Shown: positions 9,185-19,444, counted from the stretch's first letter. The stretch is 64,000 nt of DNA from Polyangiales bacterium (GCA_044229975.1 JBGARZ010000002.1:32001-96000), one strand, 5' to 3'. The notes: a model not told the origin generated them from the sequence alone. Made by a program: numbers and translations.

Positions 9185-11059
9185 ATGTGTGGCATCGCGG
9201 GCTTCCTGGCCGACGACGGGAGCGCGGGGGTTCATCCCGACGACGAAGCCGCGGTGAAGCGGATGCTCGACGCCATCGCCCACCGCGGACCTGACGCCGA
9301 GGGGCTGTGGCGCGGCGACGGCGTGGTGCTCGGCCACCGACGATTGTCCATCATCGATCTCAGCGTCGAGGGCAACCAGCCCATGGGCAACGAGGACGGC
9401 GCCGTGATGGCCGTCGTCAACGGCGAGATCTACGACTACGCGCCGCTCCGCGACGAGCTCACTTCGAAGGGGCACACCTTCCGCTCGCGCTCCGACAGCG
9501 AGGTGGTGCTGCACCTGTGGGAAGATCGCGGCGAGGCCCTCGTCCACGCCATCCACGGGATGTTTGCGTTTGCGCTCTGGGACGCGCGCCGCCGGGTGCT
9601 GGTGCTCGCCCGCGATCGGAGCGGGAAGAAGCCGCTCTTCTACCGCCGCACCCGCCGCGGATTGGCCTTCGCCTCCGAGCTCCACGCGCTCGTGCGCGCC
9701 TTCCCCGACGAGCGTCCGGGCGTCGACCTCGCGGCCGTCGACGAGTACCTCTCGCTCCAGTACGTCCCCGCGCCGCGCACCGTCTATCAAGGCATCTACA
9801 AGCTCCCCGCGGCGACCTACGCGGTCATCGCGCCGGGCGAGTTGCCCGCGCCGAAGACCTACTGGCGCCGACCGTGCAGCGAGACCACGACGGGCACCGA
9901 GGACGACCTCGCGCGCGAGCTCCGCGGCCTGCTCGACGGCGCCGTGCGACGGAGGCTGGTGGCCGACGTGCCGCTCGGTGCCTTCCTCTCGGGCGGCATC
10001 GACAGCTCGGTGGTGGTCGCGCTCATGGCGGGCGCCACCACGCGGCCGGTGAAGACCTTCTCCATCGGCTTCCCCGACGCCGACGACAGCGAGTTGCGGT
10101 ACGCGCGTCTCGTCGCCACCCGCTACGCAACCGACCACCACGAGCTGGTCGTCGCCCCCGAGATGACCACCGTGCTGCGCGAGATCGTCGAGCACCACGG
10201 CGAGCCCTTCGGCGACAGCAGCGCCGTCGCAACCTGGTACCTGGCGCGCATGACCCGCGAGCACGTCACCGTGTCCCTCTCGGGCGATGCGAGCGACGAG
10301 AGCTTCGCCGGGTACAAGCGCTACAACCCGGCCCGCGTTGCGGGCGCCTTCGATCACCTGCCAGCGGCGGTGGGGCCGACGGTCGCGCGCACCATCGAGC
10401 GCGCGGGGCGCTTCATCCACCCCGACGTGGTCCATCTCGCGCGAGCGCTTGGTGATGGCGAAGCGGGTCGCTACCTCGCGCTGCTCGGTCACTTCACCGC
10501 CGACGACAAGCGGCGCCTCTACGGCCCGGCGATGGGCGCGGTCGACCCGTCGTCCACGCGTCGTCGCTTCGAGTCGCTGCTCGCGGCGAGCCCGGCGCCC
10601 GATGCGCTGCGCCGCCTGCTCGACCTCGACTTCCAGACCTACCTCTCCGACGACATCAACGCGAAGGTCGACATCGCCGCGATGTCCCACGCGCTGGAGG
10701 TGCGCTGCCCCTTCCTCGACACCGCCGTCGTGGAGTTCGCCGCGCGGCTGCCGAGCTCGATGCAGCTCCGCTGGCAGGGCAAGCGCCTCCTGCGTCGCGC
10801 GGTGGGCGACCTCGTCCCCCGCGAGATTCTCCACCGCAGCAAGCGCGGCTTCGGCCTGCCGCTCGGACGCTGGATGTCGCGCGACCTCGGGCCCATGGCG
10901 CGCGACCTGCTGCTCGACGACACGGCCCGCAACCGCGGTGTGCTCGACCCCACGGCGGTGAGGGCGCTCTTCGCCGACCTCGACGCGGGTCGCGGCGGCG
11001 CCGATCGGCTCTGGACGCTGCTGGTGTTGGAGACGTGGTTCCGCGCCTTCGCGGATTGA
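9185..11059 (+). CDS. asnB: Asparagine synthase (glutamine-hydrolysing)-family amidotransferase
   Basis: N-terminal MCGIAG, HRGPD, HRRLSIID, NGEIY, FLSGGIDSS. Confidence 0.95.
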   Translation: MCGIAGFLADDGSAGVHPDDEAAVKRMLDAIAHRGPDAEGLWRGDGVVLGHRRLSIIDLSVEGNQPMGNEDGAVMAVVNGEIYDYAPLRDELTSKGHTFRSRSDSEVVLHLWEDRGEALVHAIHGMFAFALWDARRRVLVLARDRSGKKPLFYRRTRRGLAFASELHALVRAFPDERPGVDLAAVDEYLSLQYVPAPRTVYQGIYKLPAATYAVIAPGELPAPKTYWRRPCSETTTGTEDDLARELRGLLDGAVRRRLVADVPLGAFLSGGIDSSVVVALMAGATTRPVKTFSIGFPDADDSELRYARLVATRYATDHHELVVAPEMTTVLREIVEHHGEPFGDSSAVATWYLARMTREHVTVSLSGDASDESFAGYKRYNPARVAGAFDHLPAAVGPTVARTIERAGRFIHPDVVHLARALGDGEAGRYLALLGHFTADDKRRLYGPAMGAVDPSSTRRRFESLLAASPAPDALRRLLDLDFQTYLSDDINAKVDIAAMSHALEVRCPFLDTAVVEFAARLPSSMQLRWQGKRLLRRAVGDLVPREILHRSKRGFGLPLGRWMSRDLGPMARDLLLDDTARNRGVLDPTAVRALFADLDAGRGGADRLWTLLVLETWFRAFAD

Positions 11060-11068
11060 GTTCGGCGA

Positions 11069-12421
11069 CTACGGGGCGTGCAGGGCGGGTTGGCGGTGCA
11101 GCCAGTCGGCGAGGAGCCGGTTGCCGGCTGGACTGAAGTGCGGATCGGACGGCTGCCGCGGCACGAACCAGGCGTCGTCACCAGTGCGCCGCACGGCATC
11201 GGCGAAGAGGTCCCATGAGTCGACGATGGGCACGTCGAGCGCTTCGGCCGTACGACGCATTCGCTGGTGATCGTTCCGACCCGCGGCCGCCTCAGGGCTG
11301 TTTCCCGCCAGCGCGCTGCGCAGCGGGAGGATCGACACCACGAGCCGCGAGCGTCGCGCGGCGAGCTCATCGCGGAGCGCGCGGAGGATGGCGCCGAGCT
11401 GACGGTCGGCGTCGCCGGGCGTGGGCATCGTCCGCGTCGTGTGACGGGTGATCGCATCGGCGAGGTGCGCGGACAGCATCGAGACACTCCCGGTGGTGCG
11501 GAGCACGTACGGAGCCGGGCTGCTCTCGACATAGTGGCGAAACGGCGCGACCGACCGATCGAGCGCGCGCGGTTGCGGGCAACGCAACGTCGGCGCGTGG
11601 CCGCGTGGGTACGCGAGCAATGCTCCCGACGCGCAGCATGTGTACGGCGTGCCGAGATCCCGGAGGTCGTTGCCGACGAAGAGATGGAACACCACGACGT
11701 CCGGCGTCATGACCCGGAGCCAGCCCTGCGTCACCGCGTAGTAGGCGTCGGGCCCGACGCCCGGAACGCCTGCGTTGATGTGCTCCACCTCTGGCTCCTG
11801 CTGCGCCAGTTGCTCGGGAAAGGCCTCCCCGCGGTCAACGCTCGCGCCGTACACCATCGAATCGCCGACGTGCAGCACGATGCGGTGAACACCCGGTCGC
11901 CGCGAGATCGCGTGCGGAAACTGCGTCGGATAGGCGAGCTGCGGGTTGGTCGGCCAGGCGTCGCCGTAGATCGCATGACAGGCGGTCTCGCTGGGTCGGC
12001 CGATGGCGCGGTGAGCCTCTCCGCTCGGGGCCTGGTCTCGCGACGGGAGCATCAGGCGCGCAAACCGTGGGGGAGGCAGGGCGGGCGGCGGCTGCACGAA
12101 CCGACGGACGGCGGCCTCTCCGCCGACGAGCGAGACCCCCGTCGAGACGATCACCAGCGCGACCCCGGCGCGACGTGGACGCCCGGCGACGTAGCCGACG
12201 CACAGACCCAACCCCAGCAGTCCCCCGTGCACCAAGGCGTCGGGCGCACCGACCAGCCAGAACCGATGAGCCACCCACAGACACGCGGCCGGCGGCACCG
12301 CCAGGAGGAGCGCCGCCGCGAGCCGTCGTCGACCGAAACGACGGCTGAGCTGCCATCCGCCGAACATCCCGCCGAGCAGCATGACGAGACAGAGCGCGAG
12401 CGCGACGCCGACCTGAATCAC
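11069..12421 (-). CDS. Membrane-anchored SGNH/GDSL hydrolase
   Basis: N-terminal TM helices; VGDSM, NAGVPG, VGND and DPH blocks; GTG start after GGGAG. Confidence 0.8.
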   Translation of the reverse strand: MIQVGVALALCLVMLLGGMFGGWQLSRRFGRRRLAAALLLAVPPAACLWVAHRFWLVGAPDALVHGGLLGLGLCVGYVAGRPRRAGVALVIVSTGVSLVGGEAAVRRFVQPPPALPPPRFARLMLPSRDQAPSGEAHRAIGRPSETACHAIYGDAWPTNPQLAYPTQFPHAISRRPGVHRIVLHVGDSMVYGASVDRGEAFPEQLAQQEPEVEHINAGVPGVGPDAYYAVTQGWLRVMTPDVVVFHLFVGNDLRDLGTPYTCCASGALLAYPRGHAPTLRCPQPRALDRSVAPFRHYVESSPAPYVLRTTGSVSMLSAHLADAITRHTTRTMPTPGDADRQLGAILRALRDELAARRSRLVVSILPLRSALAGNSPEAAAGRNDHQRMRRTAEALDVPIVDSWDLFADAVRRTGDDAWFVPRQPSDPHFSPAGNRLLADWLHRQPALHAP

Positions 12422-12606
12422 GCTCCCACCGCTCTCCGCCGACCGCGGAGCCTGACCCCCTGCGCTGATGCTTCCACGGCCCGAGCGTGGTGACCCATGG
12501 TCCGCGATCGTCGCACATCGAAGGCCGGGTTCAGCAACCAGCGTCCCACCGGGCAATCCATGCGAACGCGCTTGTTTTCGGCCGCGTCGCGTGGTTCATC
12601 CGAAAG

Positions 12607-12864
12607 ATGCACATCTTCGAGTGTCACCTGGCGGCGGGCAGCGATCCGGAGACCCTTCTTTCGGAGGAGACGCTCCGGGAGACCGGCGCGCAGGTGATGA
12701 CCCCCGACGAGGCGCGGGCCGTCGGCTTCGCGCGCATCGCCGACGCGAAGGACGGTGGCGACGTGCGCCTGGTGGCCGTCGCGGCCCGCGACGCCCAGTG
12801 GATCCACCGGGTGATGGAGCGATCGCCCATCGTGACGAGCTACAGGGTCCACGAGGTCGGGTGA
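12607..12864 (+). CDS. Small hypothetical protein (85 aa)
   Basis: Host-like codon usage; its stop overlaps the alr GTG start (GTGA). Confidence 0.6.
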   Translation: MHIFECHLAAGSDPETLLSEETLRETGAQVMTPDEARAVGFARIADAKDGGDVRLVAVAARDAQWIHRVMERSPIVTSYRVHEVG

Positions 12865-14060
12865 GCCACGAAGGGGACGCGCTGCGGGTGGTGGTGTCCT
12901 CCCGCGCCGAGGCCGACGGTGCGCTGCGTCCGACGCGGGCCGAGGTCCACCTCGAAGCCATCGCCCACAACCTCGGAGTGGTGCGCGCCCTCATGGCCGA
13001 AGACCGCGCGACGCCGCCGCGGGCGTTCGCCGTGGTGAAGGCCGACGCCTACGGACACGGGGTCATTCCGGTGGCCCGCGCGCTGGAGTCCGCAGGCGTC
13101 GACGGCCTCTGCGTCGCACTCGTGGAGGAGGGCATCGAGCTGCGCGACGCGGGCGTGGCGCTGCCCATCCTGGTGATGTCGGGGCTCTACGGTGACGGCC
13201 TCGGGGCGGCGCTCGACGCGCGTCTGACGCCGGTGATCCACGAGGCGTCGCAGTTGAAGGCGCTGCGTTCGGCGCGCTCCCATGCGCCGGTGCGGGTGCA
13301 CGTGAAGGTCGACACCGGCATGGGCCGCCTGGGCATCACGCTCGACGCGCTGCCCGCCTTCCTCGACGCGCTCGCGGCCATGCGGCACGTCGTGGTCGAG
13401 GGGCTGATGACCCACTTCGCCAACGCCGACTGCGACGACCCGAGCTTCACCACGACGCAGCTCCACCGCTTCGAGGAAGCCCGCGTGATGTGCGAGCGCG
13501 TCGGCATCCACCCCGAGGTCGTTCACGCCGCGGCGAGCGCCGGTGCGTTTCGCTTCCCCGAGACGCGGCTCGATCAGGTGCGCGTCGGCATCGCCATGTA
13601 CGGCGTCGCTCCCTTTCCCCACGCGGCGCCCGGCTTGCTCCCGGCGATGCGTCTGCGCACCGAGGTCATCGCGCTACGCGAGCTTCCCGCGGGCTCGCCC
13701 ATCGGGTACGGCGGGGCGTACCGAACGGGTCGCCCGTCGGTCATCGCGACGCTGCCGGTGGGCTACGCCGACGGCTTCTTCCGTCGTCTCTCGTCCGAGG
13801 CCGAGGTGCTCATCCAGGGTCGGCGCTGCCGGGTGGTCGGCAACGTGTCGATGGACATGACCACCGTCGACGTGACCGAGCTGTCGCGCGCCGTGGGCGT
13901 CGCCGTGGGCGACGAGGCCGTGCTGCTGGGCTCGCAGCGCGGCGCCGCGGGCTTCGACGTCATCCGCGCCGAGGAGATCGCCCAGCGCGTCGGAACCATC
14001 CCCTACGAGGTGCTCACCGCCGTGTCGCGGCGGGTGCCCCGCTTCTACCGCGACCGATGA
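12861..14060 (+). CDS. alr: Alanine racemase
   Basis: AVVKADAYGHG PLP-lysine motif; HVKVDTGMGRLG; PVGYADG. Confidence 0.95.
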   Translation: MSHEGDALRVVVSSRAEADGALRPTRAEVHLEAIAHNLGVVRALMAEDRATPPRAFAVVKADAYGHGVIPVARALESAGVDGLCVALVEEGIELRDAGVALPILVMSGLYGDGLGAALDARLTPVIHEASQLKALRSARSHAPVRVHVKVDTGMGRLGITLDALPAFLDALAAMRHVVVEGLMTHFANADCDDPSFTTTQLHRFEEARVMCERVGIHPEVVHAAASAGAFRFPETRLDQVRVGIAMYGVAPFPHAAPGLLPAMRLRTEVIALRELPAGSPIGYGGAYRTGRPSVIATLPVGYADGFFRRLSSEAEVLIQGRRCRVVGNVSMDMTTVDVTELSRAVGVAVGDEAVLLGSQRGAAGFDVIRAEEIAQRVGTIPYEVLTAVSRRVPRFYRDR

Positions 14061-14857
14061 GCGACCCCGAGACGCCGCCCAGGCCCGGCCTGCTGGCCAC
14101 CGTGTTTGGCCCCGTGAAGAGGGTGCTTGAAGAGGCCGGCATGCTCGCCGACATGGCCTTCCAGGCGCTGGTCTGGGGCGTCCGGCCGCCGTACCGCATC
14201 TCGCTGGTGGTGGCGCAGATGGAGTTCGTCGGGGTGCAGTCCATCTTCCTCGTCGGGCTCGTCGGGCTCTTCACGGGGATGGTCTTCGCGGTGCAGACCA
14301 TCTACGGCTTCCGCCGCTTCGGCGCCGAGAACATGGTCGGCGGCGTCGTGGCCCTCACGCTCTCGCGCGAGATGGCGCCGGTGCTCACGGCCATCATGGT
14401 GTCGGCGCGCGCGGGCTCCGGCATCGCCGCCGAGCTCGGCAACATGCGCTCGTCCGAGCAGATCGACGCGCTCGAGACCATGGCCGTCAACCCGGTGCAG
14501 TACCTCGTGGTGCCGCGGATGCTTGCCGGCGTGGTGATGGTCCCGGTGCTCGCGCTCATCTTCTTCCTGGTGGGCCTCGGCGGCTCCTGGGTCGTCGGCG
14601 TGTGGGGCCTCGCGCTCGACCCGGGCATCTTCGCCGACCGCATCAAGACGATGCTCCAGCCGTCGGACATCACGCAGGGGCTCATCAAGGCGCTGGTGTT
14701 TGGCTTCGCGGTGACGCTCATCGCCTGCCGCCACGGCTACTACGCCTCGGGCGGCGCGGTGGGCGTCGGGCAGGCGACGACGCGCGCGGTGGTCTGGGGC
14801 GTCGTCGGGGTCTTCGTGCTCGACTACATCATCACCTCGATGCTGACGCAGGTCTGA
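14057..14857 (+). CDS. mlaE: MlaE-family ABC permease
   Basis: REMAPVLTA, GSGIAAELGNMRSSEQIDAL, GAVGVGQATT. Confidence 0.92.
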   Translation: MSDPETPPRPGLLATVFGPVKRVLEEAGMLADMAFQALVWGVRPPYRISLVVAQMEFVGVQSIFLVGLVGLFTGMVFAVQTIYGFRRFGAENMVGGVVALTLSREMAPVLTAIMVSARAGSGIAAELGNMRSSEQIDALETMAVNPVQYLVVPRMLAGVVMVPVLALIFFLVGLGGSWVVGVWGLALDPGIFADRIKTMLQPSDITQGLIKALVFGFAVTLIACRHGYYASGGAVGVGQATTRAVVWGVVGVFVLDYIITSMLTQV

Positions 14858-14858
14858 C

Positions 14859-15722
14859 GTGGGCGAAGCCATCGCGATGACGCCGGGGCAGAGCGACGCG
14901 CATGTGGTCGTCGAAGGCCTCGTGAAGATCTACGGCGACCGCACCATCCTGCACGGCGTCGACATGACCATCGGCCGCGCCGAGACGCTGGTGGTGATCG
15001 GCGGATCGGGCGCGGGCAAGAGCACCCTGGTGCGCCACCTCATCGCATTGGAGCGCCCCACGCGCGGGCGCATCGTCATCGACGGGACGGACATCTCGTC
15101 GCTCGACGACCTCCAGCTCGCCAAGGCGCGACGGCGCTTCGGGATGGTGTTCCAGAAGTACGCGCTCTTCGACTCGATGACGGTGTTCGACAACGTGGCC
15201 TTCCCGTTGCGCGAGCAGACCAAGCTCTCGGAGAAGGACATCCGCGAGAAGGCCATGACCAAGCTGAAGGAGCTCGGCGTCGACCACGCGGCCCCGCTCA
15301 CGCCCGCGCAGATCTCGGGCGGCATGGCCAAGCGTGTTGGTATCGCGCGAGCGCTGGTGATGGAGCCTGAGCTGCTCATCTACGACGAGCCGACGAGCGG
15401 CCTCGACCCGGTGACGTCGCGCACCGTCGACGCGCTCATCGAGGAGATGCGCGAGCGCTTCGGCGTGACCTCCGTGGTCATCACCCACGACATGGTGAGC
15501 GCCTTCGACATCGCCGACCGCATCGCGATGCTCATCAAGGGGCGCGTGGTGGCGCAGGGTTCGCCCGCCGAGGTGCTCAAGGTCGACAACGAAGACGTGC
15601 AGCGCTTCATCAAGTCGAGCGGCGTGGACATCGAGCGCTTCCAGGAGCGCGGTGACCGCAAGCCCGCCTCGGAGCTCGCAGCGCGGGCGCGCGCCCGCAA
15701 GGCCGAACGCCCGACCGAGTAG
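14859..15722 (+). CDS. mlaF: MlaF-family ABC ATPase
   Basis: Walker A GGSGAGKS; ISGGMAKRV; YDEPTSGLDP; ITHD. Confidence 0.9.
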   Translation: MGEAIAMTPGQSDAHVVVEGLVKIYGDRTILHGVDMTIGRAETLVVIGGSGAGKSTLVRHLIALERPTRGRIVIDGTDISSLDDLQLAKARRRFGMVFQKYALFDSMTVFDNVAFPLREQTKLSEKDIREKAMTKLKELGVDHAAPLTPAQISGGMAKRVGIARALVMEPELLIYDEPTSGLDPVTSRTVDALIEEMRERFGVTSVVITHDMVSAFDIADRIAMLIKGRVVAQGSPAEVLKVDNEDVQRFIKSSGVDIERFQERGDRKPASELAARARARKAERPTE

Positions 15723-15747
15723 GCGCAAACGTTGCGGCTCCGCGCGC

Positions 15748-15775
15748 TTGACGGGCGAGGGGCGCCGGGGACAAT
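15748..15775 (+). promoter_or_regulatory. Candidate sigma70-type promoter of the thiolase gene
   Basis: TTGACG-16 bp-GACAAT; GAGGAG RBS downstream. Confidence 0.45.
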
Positions 15776-15832
15776 CCGCGCCGACGCGCAGCCCTGTGGC
15801 GCTGCGAAGCAACCTTCACGAGGAGAGCGGTG

Positions 15833-17011
15833 ATGTCGAAGTCGGACGTGTTCATCTGTAGTGCGGTGCGTACGCCCATCGGGGCGTTTCAGGGTTCGCT
15901 CGCGGACGTCGCGGCGACGCGCCTCGGTGCGACGGCGGTGAAGGCCGCGCTCGAGCGCGCGAAGGTCGCGCCCGACCAGGTGGGCGAGGTCTACATGGGC
16001 AACGTGCTGACGGCGGGCGAGGGGCAGGCGCCGGCGCGGCAGGCGGCGTTGTACGCGGGCCTCCCGACGGACGTGCCGTGCACGACCGTGGGCAAGGTGT
16101 GCGGCTCGGGGCTCATGGCCGCGGTGCTGGGCGCCAAGAGCATCCTGCTGGGCGACGCCGAGGTGGTGGTCGCGGGCGGCATGGAGAGCATGTCCAACGT
16201 GCCGTACTACCTGCCCACGGCGCGCAAGGGCATGCGGATGGGCAACGCCACCGCCATCGACGGGATGATCCACGACGGCCTGTGGGACCCGTACAAGAAC
16301 TTCCACATGGGCGTTGCGGGCGAGCTCTGCGCGAAGGAGATGTCGTTCAGCCGCGAGGCCCAGGACGCGTTTGCGAAGGAGAGCTACCGACGCGCGCTGG
16401 CGGCGCAGGCCGAGGGCCGCTTCGCCGACGAGATCGTCGGCGTGACCATCGAGGGCCGCAAGGGCTCGGTCACCATCACCGAGGACGAGGAGCCCAGGCG
16501 CGGCGACGCCGACAAGATGGGCTCGCTCAAGCCGGCGTTCGACAAGGCCGGGACCATCACCGCGGCCAACGCGAGCAAGATCAACGACGGCGCCTCGGCG
16601 CTGGTGCTCGCTTCGGGCGACGCGGTGAAGCGGTTGGGTCTGACGCCGCTCGCGCGCATCGTGGGCTACGGCTCGGCGGCGCAGGAGCCCGAGTGGTTCA
16701 CCACGGCACCGTCGAAGGCCATCGCCGTGACGCTGAAGCGGCTCGGGTTGTCGGTGGGCGACATCGACCTCTTCGAGGTCAACGAGGCCTTCGCCGTGGT
16801 GGCGCTCGCGGTCGCGCAGAAGTCCGAGCTCGACCTCGCGAAGGTCAACGTCCACGGCGGCGCGGTTGCTCTCGGTCACCCCATCGGGGCGAGCGGTGCG
16901 CGCATCCTGACGACGCTGGTGCACGCGATGGCGAGCCGCGGCGCGAAGCGTGGCCTGGCGACGCTGTGCATCGGCGGCGGCGAGGCCGTGGCGGTGGTGA
17001 TCGAGCGGTAG
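15833..17011 (+). CDS. Acetyl-CoA C-acetyltransferase (thiolase)
   Basis: KVCGSG, NEAF, GHPIGASG, LCIGGG. Confidence 0.95.
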   Translation: MSKSDVFICSAVRTPIGAFQGSLADVAATRLGATAVKAALERAKVAPDQVGEVYMGNVLTAGEGQAPARQAALYAGLPTDVPCTTVGKVCGSGLMAAVLGAKSILLGDAEVVVAGGMESMSNVPYYLPTARKGMRMGNATAIDGMIHDGLWDPYKNFHMGVAGELCAKEMSFSREAQDAFAKESYRRALAAQAEGRFADEIVGVTIEGRKGSVTITEDEEPRRGDADKMGSLKPAFDKAGTITAANASKINDGASALVLASGDAVKRLGLTPLARIVGYGSAAQEPEWFTTAPSKAIAVTLKRLGLSVGDIDLFEVNEAFAVVALAVAQKSELDLAKVNVHGGAVALGHPIGASGARILTTLVHAMASRGAKRGLATLCIGGGEAVAVVIER

Positions 17012-17015
17012 TCCG

Positions 17016-17580
17016 TCAGAAGGCGCCGCCGAGCGCGATGCGCGCCGCGGGAAGGAATCCCGCGACGTCGTAGATCGCGGAGGACGAGCCCGACGAGGCG
17101 TTGACCGAGACCGCGTAGTACCGCGCCCCAATCCCCAGCGAGATCGCGAAGTGGTCGGCGATGAGCCACTGGTAGCCGACCAGCGCGGCGACCCCGAAGC
17201 CCGACCCCGAACCCTCGGCCGACGAGGTCTTGGCGGACACCCACGCAGCAGATACCTCGGGTGAGAGAAACATCCCGCGCGGCGCGTCACCGAACAGGTA
17301 GAAGCGAGCCCCGGCGCTGACGCCGAAACCGAAGACCTCCATGTTCGAGGCGCTCGCCAGAACCCCCTGCGAGAACTGCAACTCCGGCCCGACAAAGACG
17401 CTCACCATCGGGGCGACGGCGCGCTCGTACTCGACGTTGAAGGTCCCACCCAGCACGAGGGCGACGGGGTTGGTGGTGATGACGTTGGGCGGTGACCGTC
17501 GCGCGGGCCCGTCCTGCGCGGCAGCCGCGGTGGGTGCGAGGGCGAGCGCGGTGCATACGGCGAAGAAGGATGTGGCTCAT
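17016..17580 (-). CDS. Outer-membrane beta-barrel (DUF3575-like) with an apparent frameshift right after the start codon
   Basis: Amphipathic beta-strands and C-terminal Phe; a signal peptide is in frame to 17576, but the RBS-preceded ATG at 17580 is 1 nt out of frame. Confidence 0.6.
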
Positions 17581-17684
17581 GGGTCTCCCGGTCGGTGAGC
17601 CTACCCGCACTCTGCGACGACTCGGAAGTGCGCGGCGGTGCGGGGGTTGACGTTCGCGTCGCGGGTGGACTACCCGAACCGGCC

Positions 17685-18545
17685 ATGAGTGACATCACTG
17701 TGTTCGGGGTGTTGGGCGCGGGTCAGATGGGTGCGGGCATCGCGCAGGTCGCGGCCGGCGCGGGGTGGACGGTGAAGCTCGCCGACGCCTCGCTCGACCG
17801 CGCGACGGCCGCGCGCGACAAGATCGGGGGAGGGCTGAAGAAGCTCGTCGAGAAGGGCAAGGTCACCGCCGACGAGGCGAGCGCGCTCGTGGGGCGCATC
17901 GTCCCGGTGGCGGGCATCGATGACCTCGCCGACTCGGACTTCGTGGTCGAGGCCGTGACCGAGCACCTCGACACCAAGCTCGCGCTCTTCGCAAAGCTCG
18001 ACGCCGCCGTGAAGCCCGGCGCGGTGCTCGCGACCAACACCAGCTCCATCTCCATTACCCGCATCGCGGCCTCCACCAGGCGCCCGGCCGACGTGGTGGG
18101 CCTGCACTTCTTCAACCCGGTTCCGTTGATGAAGCTGGTCGAGGTGATTCGCGCGCTCCAGACGAGCGACGCGACCTACCAGCGGGCGGTGGCCGCCGTC
18201 GCGAAGCTCAACAAGACCTCCGTCACCGCGAAGGACAGCCCCGGCTTCCTCGTCAACCGCATGCTGATGCCGCTGCTCATCGAGGCGGCCTTCGTGCTGG
18301 AGAACGGCCTCGGAACGCCCGAAGACATCGACCAGGCCGCCAAGCTCGGGCTCAACCACCCGATGGGCCCGCTGGAGCTGTCGGACTTCGTCGGGCTCGA
18401 CACGGTGCTCGCCATCGCCGACGTGCTCCACAAGGAGTTCGGCGACAGCAAGTACCGCGCGCCGGTGCTGCTGCGAAACTACGTCGCGGCGGGCTGGCAC
18501 GGCCGCAAGACGGGCCGCGGCTTCTACGACTACAGCAAGAAGTGA
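17685..18545 (+). CDS. 3-hydroxybutyryl-CoA dehydrogenase
   Basis: GAGQMGAGIA, NTSSISI, GLHFFNP, HPMGP; start at MSDITV. Confidence 0.93.
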   Translation: MSDITVFGVLGAGQMGAGIAQVAAGAGWTVKLADASLDRATAARDKIGGGLKKLVEKGKVTADEASALVGRIVPVAGIDDLADSDFVVEAVTEHLDTKLALFAKLDAAVKPGAVLATNTSSISITRIAASTRRPADVVGLHFFNPVPLMKLVEVIRALQTSDATYQRAVAAVAKLNKTSVTAKDSPGFLVNRMLMPLLIEAAFVLENGLGTPEDIDQAAKLGLNHPMGPLELSDFVGLDTVLAIADVLHKEFGDSKYRAPVLLRNYVAAGWHGRKTGRGFYDYSKK

Positions 18546-18559
18546 CAGGGGCGACGCAC

Positions 18560-19348
18560 ATGGACTACGAGACGATCAAGGTCGCGGTCGAGGGCAGCGT
18601 CGCGACGGTGACCATCCACCGTCCCGAGAAGCTCAACGCGCTCAACGCGAAGGTCATCGAGGAGCTCACGGTGGTCTTCGCCGACCTCGCCAACAACCCT
18701 GATGTCCGCGTCGCGGTGCTCACCGGCGCGGGCGACAAGGCCTTCGTGGCGGGCGCCGACATCGCGGCCATGTCGACCATGGGCAGCGAGGAGGCGGGTC
18801 GCTTCGCGCGCAAGGGCCACGCGCTCGGTGAGCTGATGGCGGCGGTGGGCTACCCCATCATCGCGATGGTCAACGGCTTCGCGCTCGGCGGCGGGGCGGA
18901 GATCGCGCTCGCGTGCGACCTCATCGTGGCGAGCGACAAGGCGAAGTTCGGCCAGCCCGAGGTGGGCCTCGGCGTCATCCCGGGCTTCGGCGGAACCATC
19001 CGCCTCGCCCGCCGGGTGGGCGTCGGCAAGGCGCGCGAGCTGGTGTTCGTGGGCGGCGTCATCGACGCGCAGGAGGCCCTCGCCATCGGGCTCGCCGACC
19101 GGGTCGTACCGCACGACTCGCTCGCGGCCGAGGTGAAGACACTCGCCGGGAAGATCGCCGCCAACGCGCCGCTCGCCGTGGGCCACGCCAAGCGGGTGAT
19201 GAACGCCGCGGAGAACGTCCCGCTCGGCGTCGCGAAGGAGCTGGAGATCCAGGGTTTTGCGCTCTGCTTCAGCACCGAGGACCAGAAGCAGGGGATGAAG
19301 ACCTTCGTCGAAAACCCCCGCACGCCGCGCACCTTCGCGGGTCGCTGA
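18560..19348 (+). CDS. Enoyl-CoA hydratase (crotonase family)
   Basis: AFVAGADI, NGFALGGGAE, FGQPEVGLG. Confidence 0.93.
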   Translation: MDYETIKVAVEGSVATVTIHRPEKLNALNAKVIEELTVVFADLANNPDVRVAVLTGAGDKAFVAGADIAAMSTMGSEEAGRFARKGHALGELMAAVGYPIIAMVNGFALGGGAEIALACDLIVASDKAKFGQPEVGLGVIPGFGGTIRLARRVGVGKARELVFVGGVIDAQEALAIGLADRVVPHDSLAAEVKTLAGKIAANAPLAVGHAKRVMNAAENVPLGVAKELEIQGFALCFSTEDQKQGMKTFVENPRTPRTFAGR

Positions 19349-19365
19349 GCGCCTCAACTTTTTCT

Positions 19366-19395
19366 TTGACAGTCGGGCGGAGCCAAGAGTAAACC
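19366..19395 (+). promoter_or_regulatory. Candidate promoter of tRNA-Asp
   Basis: T-rich UP-like tract, then TTGACA-18 bp-TAAACC. Confidence 0.55.
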
Positions 19396-19444
19396 CCGGC
19401 TCCCTTCGAGGGGAGGTGGTCGCCAAGACCGCCGACTTGAGAGT

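Noticed and set aside
21..10834. Long overlapping alternative ORFs (e.g. 21-1655, 6306-8042, 8690-10834)
   Set aside because: Antisense or off-frame shadows of genes with clear motifs
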